The position numbers and the translations under genes were made by a program. Below are positions 57,659 through 64,000 of a stretch of 64,000 nt of DNA, piece by piece. Source of the DNA: an uncultured bacterium (lineage in GTDB: Bacteria; Cyanobacteriota; Vampirovibrionia; Gastranaerophilales; Gastranaerophilaceae). Every line of letters begins with the position of its first letter. The first letter of the stretch is position 1. Under the pieces are notes generated by a model. It saw nothing but the letters and a program-made list of their open reading frames with translations. It was not told the DNA's origin and ran no database searches. The DNA is taken from NCBI GenBank assembly GCA_949284715.1, contig CASDWH010000016.1, positions 12,817-76,816 of the forward strand, read 5' to 3'.

Positions 57659-58606
57659 TCAGCTTATTTTTGATAAAGCCGACTCTTCTATGTATTTTGC
57701 GGCATAAACAGCACTGACGGCGCCGTCTGAAACCGCTGTAATAACCTGTCTTAACGGGGTAGTTCTTATATCACCGGCTGCAAATACTCCTGATTCTGAG
57801 GTTTTCATTGTTTCATCCGTTATAACAAAACCGTATTTATCCTGCTGAACCTGCCCGTTTATAAGTTCTGTATTAGGCACAACCCCGATAAACGGAAAAA
57901 CACCATCTATATTTAAATTTGTTATCATATCAGTTTTTACATTTTTTAGCACGATACTTTTAACTTTTTCCTCTCCCTGAATTTCAAGCGGGATTGTATC
58001 ATAGATAAATTCTATTTTCGGGTTTTCATTAGCGCGTTTAACCAGAATCTTATCAGCTCTTAGAGTATCGCGCCTGTGAATTATATAAACTTTTTTAGCA
58101 AATTTTGTAAGATAAATACCTTCCTCGACAGCAGTATTTCCTCCGCCTATTATTGCAACGTCTTTATCTTTGTAGAAAGCTCCGTCACAAACCGCGCAGT
58201 AACTCACGCCGCGGCCTGTAAATTCCTTTTCTCCGGGAATTTCGAGTTTCTTAGGGCTTGCTCCCATCGCAAGAATTACGGATTTTGATTTAAAAATATA
58301 TTCTTTTGTTTCTACCACTTTAGGGTTTGACATAAGGTTTACAGAAACAATTTCCTGCATAGGGAATTTCTCTGCCCCGAATTTATCACAGTGTTCCTCA
58401 AACTTTTCAGACAATTCAAACCCGCCTATTTCAGGGAATCCCATATAGTTTTCAATATCGGCATAATTCGACGGTTGGCCGCCAAACATTGTAATATCAA
58501 CAATCGCTGTTTTTAAAGCTCCTCTTGCGGCATAAACTCCCGCACTCAATCCCGCAGGCCCTCCGCCTAAAATTATCACCTCATATTCTAATACTTTTTT
58601 TTCCAT
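57659..58606 (-). CDS. trxB: thioredoxin-disulfide reductase
   Basis: GGGPAGLSAG, redox CAVCDG, GGGNTAVEE, GDIR. Confidence 0.9.
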   Translation of the reverse strand: MEKKVLEYEVIILGGGPAGLSAGVYAARGALKTAIVDITMFGGQPSNYADIENYMGFPEIGGFELSEKFEEHCDKFGAEKFPMQEIVSVNLMSNPKVVETKEYIFKSKSVILAMGASPKKLEIPGEKEFTGRGVSYCAVCDGAFYKDKDVAIIGGGNTAVEEGIYLTKFAKKVYIIHRRDTLRADKILVKRANENPKIEFIYDTIPLEIQGEEKVKSIVLKNVKTDMITNLNIDGVFPFIGVVPNTELINGQVQQDKYGFVITDETMKTSESGVFAAGDIRTTPLRQVITAVSDGAVSAVYAAKYIEESALSKIS

Positions 58607-58622
58607 ATAAACTATCCTCAAA

Positions 58623-59120
58623 TTATTTTAAAACCGTTTCGCCTGAGATTTTCTCACCGCGGATTTCATATCTTGCAGTATCGGACTTCATCACATGCCC
58701 GTCTACACTTGAAACCTGTTCCAGTTTAATATCATTTATTCCTGAAAAAGTATTATTGTTTAATCTTATTGTTACTACATCTGTGAGTACTTTGTTATCA
58801 AAATCCACTTTTCTGGTAAATGAAACGACATTTCCCTGAGCAGCGTTTATTGAAACATCAGCGCTCGCACCCGTGAACGGGTTGCTTAAATTTATGACGT
58901 TACCAACTCTTGATAAGTTCCACAAATCTGTACTTTTGGGTTTAAATAACCCGTAATTAGAAGAATTGACTATTTCTGCTTTAACACTCCAGCTTCCAAA
59001 TATTGCTTTTGGAACCTCATCAATTGAAACCCCTGCCTGTAAAGTATATGTTCCTTCTGCCATTACAGGTAATAACACAATTACCAGAGATAAAAATAAG
59101 AACAGCAGATATTTTTTCAT
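58623..59120 (-). CDS. hypothetical exported protein
   Basis: Signal peptide MKKYLLFLFLSLVIVLLPVMA. Extended -10 TGGTATAAT upstream on the minus strand. Confidence 0.5.
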   Translation of the reverse strand: MKKYLLFLFLSLVIVLLPVMAEGTYTLQAGVSIDEVPKAIFGSWSVKAEIVNSSNYGLFKPKSTDLWNLSRVGNVINLSNPFTGASADVSINAAQGNVVSFTRKVDFDNKVLTDVVTIRLNNNTFSGINDIKLEQVSSVDGHVMKSDTARYEIRGEKISGETVLK

Positions 59121-59192
59121 TTATTCCCCTTCTTTATACTATAAATTATACCATAAACAGTTTGGAAATCAGAGATAAAGGCGCAATTTTTA

Positions 59193-59250
59193 TTTACCCC
59201 TTTATTTACCCCTTTATTTACCCCTTTATTTACCCCCTTGTTTACCCCCG
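59193..59250. repeat. 12-bp tandem repeat TTTACCCCTTTA, about 4.7 copies
   Basis: Three perfect units (59193..59228), then TTTACCCCCTTG and TTTACCCCC. Confidence 0.9.
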
Positions 59251-59269
59251 CTGAATTTTTTGCTAAAAT
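59242..59269 (+). promoter_or_regulatory. extended -10 promoter (TTTACC-16-TGcTAAAAT) ending 6 nt before the ATG at 59276 (leaderless candidate)
   Basis: The -35-like hexamer is the last repeat unit. There is no SD before the ATG. Confidence 0.4.
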
Positions 59270-59275
59270 CGGCTT

Positions 59276-60721
59276 ATGGGTAGAAAAAGAAAAAGTCCGG
59301 ATTCAAAGAAACAGAAAGGTATAAAAACAAAGAAGGGTGATAACTTAAACGGTATTATTTATATCGTAATAATAATCGGAATACTTTTAAGACTTGTTTT
59401 CCCCCTGCTAAATACCGGACTCTGGCACGATGAATGCGCAGTTGCAATAAATATTATTGACAGGGATTTCTGGGGATTATTTAATCCTCTCAGGTTTTTA
59501 CAGGTTGCACCACCGCTGTTTTTATCAGCCGTTAAACTGTGTGTTCTAGGTATTAACCCGTTGGATAATCCCGTAATTACAGATTTTGTTTTAAGAATTG
59601 TTCCGTTAGTATCAGGAATAGCATCTATTTTTTGTTTTTATTACCTGCTAAAAAACTTGTTTGTTAATAAGTATATTCAGCTTGCAGGATTAATTATGTT
59701 TGCTTTTAACCCTGTATTAATCCGGTATTCTTATGAACTAAAACCATATTCTACAGATGTTCTTATTGCTGTTTTAATAACAATTTACTTCATAAAATAC
59801 AATCCTGATTCTTATTTTAAACAATTTTTACAGATTCTTGGAATTTCATTTTTCATGTTTATATCATTCCCGGCTGCTTTTGTAATAACGGGCGGAATCG
59901 TTAATACTTTGTTTAAGGATTACAAAAAATTCTTTTGTGCCGCAGCGGCTTTTGGTTTAGTTTTAGTTTTTTATTTTGTTTATCATATCTGGGGAATAAT
60001 GGAAGTTCACGGACAGGGAATGGATAATTATTGGAGAGCTTACTTTGTAAATATAAACAATATTTATGATTTAACTATTTTGAACATAAAAAACAGTTTT
60101 AATATTTTCGTTCTGCCTGTTATCACTTTGGCGGGACTGGCTGCGGGATTTGTTATTTCATGTATAAAAAATACAAAATTTGCTGTTATTTTTGCAAGTA
60201 TAATACTAATTGTACTAATTTCATCGTATCTGCATTTATACCCGTTTGTTGTAAGGATGCTTTTGTTTTTAATCCCGTTTTTAATAATTCTTATATGTGA
60301 ATTAGCAGACTTAACCCCTTCCGGTACAATAATTAATAAACTCATTCCTGTAATTATATTCATTCTATGCGGGTATTATCTATTTGTAATGAACGGAGTT
60401 TTATTATCAAAAGTAAATACACGTACAAATCTCGGGTTAAAAGAAATGGCAAATGCTGTATCTAATAACGGGTATAGTGTAGTTATTCCAAGAAATTCAA
60501 ATGTGGAATGGATTTATTACTCAAGGTTTTATAATTTTAGACCTGAATCTGTATATTTTCAGGAATGGAACACTCCTAGTGAAGAATGGTTAAATAGTAT
60601 TCCCCGCAGCAAATATTATTACTTTGCACCGTTTGAAACCCGTATTCCTGAAAAAGTTTCGCAAAAAAGCGGCGGAGTAATAAAACTCGGAACCCGCGGT
60701 GTAATTTTAAAGATTGACTAG
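59276..60721 (+). CDS. GT-C fold glycosyltransferase (ArnT/PMT, family 39-like) polytopic membrane protein
   Basis: Lys-rich N-terminus. First-loop HDE motif (GLWHDECAVA). APPLF. About 11 TM helices. Confidence 0.6.
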   Translation: MGRKRKSPDSKKQKGIKTKKGDNLNGIIYIVIIIGILLRLVFPLLNTGLWHDECAVAINIIDRDFWGLFNPLRFLQVAPPLFLSAVKLCVLGINPLDNPVITDFVLRIVPLVSGIASIFCFYYLLKNLFVNKYIQLAGLIMFAFNPVLIRYSYELKPYSTDVLIAVLITIYFIKYNPDSYFKQFLQILGISFFMFISFPAAFVITGGIVNTLFKDYKKFFCAAAAFGLVLVFYFVYHIWGIMEVHGQGMDNYWRAYFVNINNIYDLTILNIKNSFNIFVLPVITLAGLAAGFVISCIKNTKFAVIFASIILIVLISSYLHLYPFVVRMLLFLIPFLIILICELADLTPSGTIINKLIPVIIFILCGYYLFVMNGVLLSKVNTRTNLGLKEMANAVSNNGYSVVIPRNSNVEWIYYSRFYNFRPESVYFQEWNTPSEEWLNSIPRSKYYYFAPFETRIPEKVSQKSGGVIKLGTRGVILKID

Positions 60722-60769
60722 AATATTAAGGTTTGTAAAAAAAAACATTTATCTTTAGCAATTTAACTA

Positions 60770-60796
60770 CTCTATATATACTTATGATATATAGAG
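60770..60796 (+). promoter_or_regulatory. perfect 10-bp AT-rich hairpin sequestering the SD of the 60806 gene, followed by a T-run
   Basis: CTCTATATAT-acttatg-ATATATAGAG, then GTTTTTTAT, then ATG. The only SD-like AGAGG lies in the 3' arm. Confidence 0.5.
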
Positions 60797-60805
60797 GTTT
60801 TTTAT

Positions 60806-61711
60806 ATGACAGAAGTTACACCTTTAGTAAATACAAATAAGTATGTTACGGCAAATTATTCTTTTCAGGATAATAAGAAAATGTCAGGGAAAGATATAAT
60901 AATTCCATTGGTTTCGGAGGAAGGAGAAAAGGATTTAGTAAACGAAGCAATTGATAAAAAAGTTATAGATAATTTAAACAATAAAATCCTGGAGGCTTTA
61001 AACAAACTCAAATATGAAAAAAATATAAAAGAAACGGGAACAGTAATAACAAAACTTGCAGAAGAAAGAAAGAAATCATTATCAAAAGAAGATACAAGAT
61101 ACTGGGCCGAGTTAATATTAAAAACCGCGGAAGAAGCCGGAATAAGTCCCGAACTTGTAACTGCTATAATAGCAAAGGAAACTTTATTTGAGAAAAATAC
61201 GGACACCCCGGGCGGAGCAGGGCCAATGCAAGTTGTAACAGTTACAATAAGTGATATGTTTTCTAATTCAAACGGCGGCAGAAAAATTATGTATGACTTA
61301 ATAGATAAAACAACCTTAGACAAAATACTGTATAAAACTGACGAAACAGGAAATATAATTACTGATGATAAAGGAAACCCGATAAGAAGATATAACTCTC
61401 CTGCCGAATTACGGCATGCCTGCGGGCAGGATGATAAACTCGGCATCGAAGCAGGTGTAATTTGTCTAAAAATGAAATTTGCAGAATGTATTTCACGTAT
61501 AAAAGGTATACCGCTTAAAAATACCATTACAAAACTTAAATCAGGTGAATTAAAACTTAGTGATGAAGAACTAAAAAGGTATATGTTAATCACTTTAAAA
61601 AATTATAACTCCGTATTCAATGAATACGCACCTGCTGTTGTCGATTCATTACAGAATTCATCACATTCAACTGACAGTTTCAATTTATACAGGGTTCCGA
61701 TAAAGAAATAA
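60806..61711 (+). CDS. SLT-like lytic transglycosylase domain protein
   Basis: ISPELVTAIIAKETLFEKNTDTPGGAGPMQV resembles the E-S/T...GLMQ family-1 motif. Confidence 0.5.
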   Translation: MTEVTPLVNTNKYVTANYSFQDNKKMSGKDIIIPLVSEEGEKDLVNEAIDKKVIDNLNNKILEALNKLKYEKNIKETGTVITKLAEERKKSLSKEDTRYWAELILKTAEEAGISPELVTAIIAKETLFEKNTDTPGGAGPMQVVTVTISDMFSNSNGGRKIMYDLIDKTTLDKILYKTDETGNIITDDKGNPIRRYNSPAELRHACGQDDKLGIEAGVICLKMKFAECISRIKGIPLKNTITKLKSGELKLSDEELKRYMLITLKNYNSVFNEYAPAVVDSLQNSSHSTDSFNLYRVPIKK

Positions 61712-61736
61712 CCTTAAAAGAGAGTTATAGCATGGG

Positions 61737-61765
61737 TTGCAGATGGGTTAAAAATGTGTTATAAT
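61737..61765 (+). promoter_or_regulatory. strong extended -10 promoter TTGCAG-17-(TGt)TATAAT with a ~90-nt leader
   Basis: Read directly. The leader contains an AGAGTG...CACTCT stem. Confidence 0.55.
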
Positions 61766-61865
61766 AATAGTAGCAATGGATTCTGCATCTTTGCTCAGAG
61801 TGTATAGCCCCAAACCACTCTCTAATAAAAAGGTATCCGTTATGTAGTTTAATCAGGAGCTAAAA

Positions 61866-63125
61866 ATGGATACAATTTGTCTGCGCCTAAATGACGAACC
61901 GCGGGTAAGCGGCCTGTGCCGTAACGGTCAGGTATTCGGCTTACTTTCAGCACTAATTATTGTTTGTTTTATTATCCTTGGTGCTAGAGCTGCTGAAAAC
62001 ATTGCCTATTCAGTTTCTCCTCCAAAAACTCTGCCTGTTGATGATACAGTAAGCACAATTCAAACAACTATCAGCACGCAGGAGAAGCAGAATTTGTTTG
62101 ATATTTATATTGAGAAAAAATACCCCGGAGGAACTATAACTGATTTAGAAAAAGGAGTTAAGCGGATAAAAGTCATAAGATATTTTAATTCAAGGCCGGT
62201 AAAGTTAAATATTATAGAAACAGATTTTTATGTTAATCCTGATTTAGAAATAGTACCGTCTATTGCAGGGGATACGCTTAATGAAAAAGCTAAAATAAAA
62301 GATATAAATTTAAAGGATAACGCAATAGTTTCAGTAAACGGAGGATATTTTAAACAACAAACCGGCGCGCCTTTAGGACTATTAATGATAGATGGAAGAA
62401 TTTATTCAGGGCCTATGCATAACAGAGTTGCCATGGGAATTTTTGATAATCGTTTTGAAATGGCCAGAGCTGATTTAGATATAAAACTCAAAACAAACAG
62501 GCATGAAATAAAAATAGATAATATTAACCAGCCCCGTACACTTTCAAGCCACATTCTTGTATATGACAACTTGTGGGGTGCGTACGCCCCTGCACCGCCT
62601 AAAGGCGGAGTACTTGTTATTGTTAAAGGTAAAGAAATAACAGGAATATCTTCTGTGCCGGCAGCAATTCCGCAGGATGGATTTGTAATTTCCGCGCATA
62701 AATCAAAAATAGAGAAAATATTGAATGATAAGAGGTTGAGGCTTGATATAAAAACTATTCCTGAATGGAGCGGAGTTAAACATATAATAAGCGGAGGGCC
62801 ATACCTTATAAAAGACGGCGAAATATATGTTGACGCAACAGCACAGAAACTCAACTCTATTGCCGGAAGAAACCCGAGAACAGCAATAGGATACACTGCT
62901 GATAACAATATAATAATTATTACCGCAGACGGCAGAGAAAGTTCATCTGTCGGACTAACATTGATGGAGCTTGCACGGTATATGAAACAGATAGGCTGCA
63001 TTAATGCAATGAATCTTGACGGCGGAAGTTCTACAGTTATGTACGGAGCCGGAAGCATTCTTAATTCACCCTCTTATAATGGCGGAGTAGAAATTTCAAA
63101 CGCTGTACATGTTGTAATGAATTAG
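61866..63125 (+). CDS. phosphodiester glycosidase family protein (DUF2233-type)
   Basis: C-terminal AMNLDGGSSTVMY. N-terminal TM segment. Confidence 0.7.
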   Translation: MDTICLRLNDEPRVSGLCRNGQVFGLLSALIIVCFIILGARAAENIAYSVSPPKTLPVDDTVSTIQTTISTQEKQNLFDIYIEKKYPGGTITDLEKGVKRIKVIRYFNSRPVKLNIIETDFYVNPDLEIVPSIAGDTLNEKAKIKDINLKDNAIVSVNGGYFKQQTGAPLGLLMIDGRIYSGPMHNRVAMGIFDNRFEMARADLDIKLKTNRHEIKIDNINQPRTLSSHILVYDNLWGAYAPAPPKGGVLVIVKGKEITGISSVPAAIPQDGFVISAHKSKIEKILNDKRLRLDIKTIPEWSGVKHIISGGPYLIKDGEIYVDATAQKLNSIAGRNPRTAIGYTADNNIIIITADGRESSSVGLTLMELARYMKQIGCINAMNLDGGSSTVMYGAGSILNSPSYNGGVEISNAVHVVMN

Positions 63126-63215
63126 TAATAAAATTTATTTTTAATCCTCTTGTTTATTTTTTTTAATCTTTATAGTATAGTATTATTTGGTCAGCCGAAA
63201 ATGAGAGGAATAATT

Positions 63216-64000
63216 ATGACAAGAGCAGCATCTTGTGAATTAGAAAACGAATTATTTAAAAGCGTTTTTGATAAAACGCCTGAATATGTAAAAAATCTCA
63301 ATTTGTTTGATTTTAACAACGAGGGTGAATTTGTATTCACACTGAAAAAAGAATATCTTTATCCGTATGATGCAAAGAAAAACCCCAAAGGGCTGAACCT
63401 GAAAGAATGGTTTGAAGGTTATGCGAAAGAAGCACGTGTGTCAACAGCAGGAATAAGAGGGCCTCAAAATATACTATACCCCCAGGATACAAGATTTCCG
63501 ATTAACCTTGTAGGAATTGTACTCGCTACACTGGCAAAAGGACTTGTATTAAAACAAAAATACCCCGATAAGCAGATAGTAAAACTTGCAGGAAGTGAAG
63601 TAAGGTATAACTCCGCACTTTATCTTGATGCGATAGCAAGAATTCAGGCAGCACTTGGAATAAAGACATTGACCATGCCGGAGCGAAAAACCATGCCTAT
63701 CTGGCTTGCATCGTTTCTGGCTTTCAAACTCGATTTAGCCGGCGGTGAATATATTACATCAAGCCACGGTATTTCTGTTAAAACAGCAACCAAAGATCTA
63801 AATAATCAGGGCAGCCAGTATTTGCCGGATGAATCTGCGGAATTTGTTGAAAAAATTCAGGAAATATTTGATGAAGTCGAGAAAAAAGGTTCTTATCAAA
63901 TAAAAATTGCGGCAGAAAATAATCCGCTTATTGACGAGCTTGTACTTTCAAAACTCAACAGCGGCATTGATTTGTACGTTGAATACCTTAAATCAGGTGT
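63216..64000 (+). CDS. alpha-D-phosphohexomutase-like protein, 5' partial (runs off the window)
   Basis: My own translation gives ...ARVSTAGIRGPQN...GEYITSSHGISVKT..., which resembles the GIRG and T(A/S)SH active-site segments. ATG after GAGAGGA. Confidence 0.45.
   Translation, partial: MTRAASCELENELFKSVFDKTPEYVKNLNLFDFNNEGEFVFTLKKEYLYPYDAKKNPKGLNLKEWFEGYAKEARVSTAGIRGPQNILYPQDTRFPINLVGIVLATLAKGLVLKQKYPDKQIVKLAGSEVRYNSALYLDAIARIQAALGIKTLTMPERKTMPIWLASFLAFKLDLAGGEYITSSHGISVKTATKDLNNQGSQYLPDESAEFVEKIQEIFDEVEKKGSYQIKIAAENNPLIDELVLSKLNSGIDLYVEYLKSG

Noticed and set aside
59193-59250. Possible CRISPR array
   Set aside because: The units are 12 bp and contiguous, with no spacers, and no cas genes are nearby. 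It is a simple tandem repeat.
59003-59254. ORF encoding IYPFIYPFIYPFIYPLVYP
   Set aside because: The periodic peptide is just the translation of the 12-bp tandem repeat. The ORF overlaps the 5' end of the 58623..59120 gene and its promoter, and it has no SD.

Overview
This is a low-GC, densely coding bacterial chromosome segment. I saw no rRNA, tRNA, CRISPR array, transposase or integrase. All calls come from reading the ORF translations and the DNA by eye; no searches were run.

Layout:
- 0.2-11.8 kb: a membrane zincin/TPR protein, then a sensor kinase, a CheY-like receiver and a degenerate GspE-type ATPase running co-directionally into flhB and a sigma-28-like fliA. Next comes a 1037-aa orphan protein behind a very good sigma-28-type promoter. 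It has an EF-hand loop, a Gly/Ala-rich hydrophobic hairpin and a calpain-like Cys/His/Asp C-terminal domain. A class-A beta-lactamase-fold protein follows.
- 11.9-16.4 kb: a visibly more AT-rich accessory cassette. It holds two unknown soluble ORFs in one reading frame, split by a single TAG, then three polytopic membrane proteins. One membrane gene is duplicated together with its promoter/palindrome and an orphan copy of the last ~20 codons of the upstream soluble ORF.
- 16.5-46.6 kb: housekeeping genes (clpB, a giant LysM-lysozyme-amidase, PMM/PGM, tspO, GT2, pgi, mazG, deoC, HD-GYP, mnmA, clpC, dgkA, ybeY, pgpH-like, cdd, bioB), interspersed with secreted hypotheticals.
- 46.8-56.6 kb: flagellin with a structured leader, then SLT-flgF-flgG-flgA-flgH-flgI-flgJ(N-domain only)-(flgM?)-flgN-flgK-flgL.
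- 56.7-57.6 kb: a compact XRE / small ORF / XRE module with perfect palindromic operators.
- 57.7-64 kb: trxB and envelope/glycan genes.

The ClpC N-terminus is of cyanobacterial/plastid type. Together with L/P-ring flagellar genes and low GC, this suggests a non-photosynthetic cyanobacterial sister lineage (Melainabacteria/Vampirovibrionia). That is inference only.

The best candidates for something undescribed are:
- the toxin/immunity-like cassette at 11.9-16.4 kb;
- the sigma-28-driven giant protease-like protein at 7.3-10.5 kb;
- the twin-XRE switch module.

Several genes also look leaderless, with a -10 box ending 6-7 nt before the ATG and no SD.
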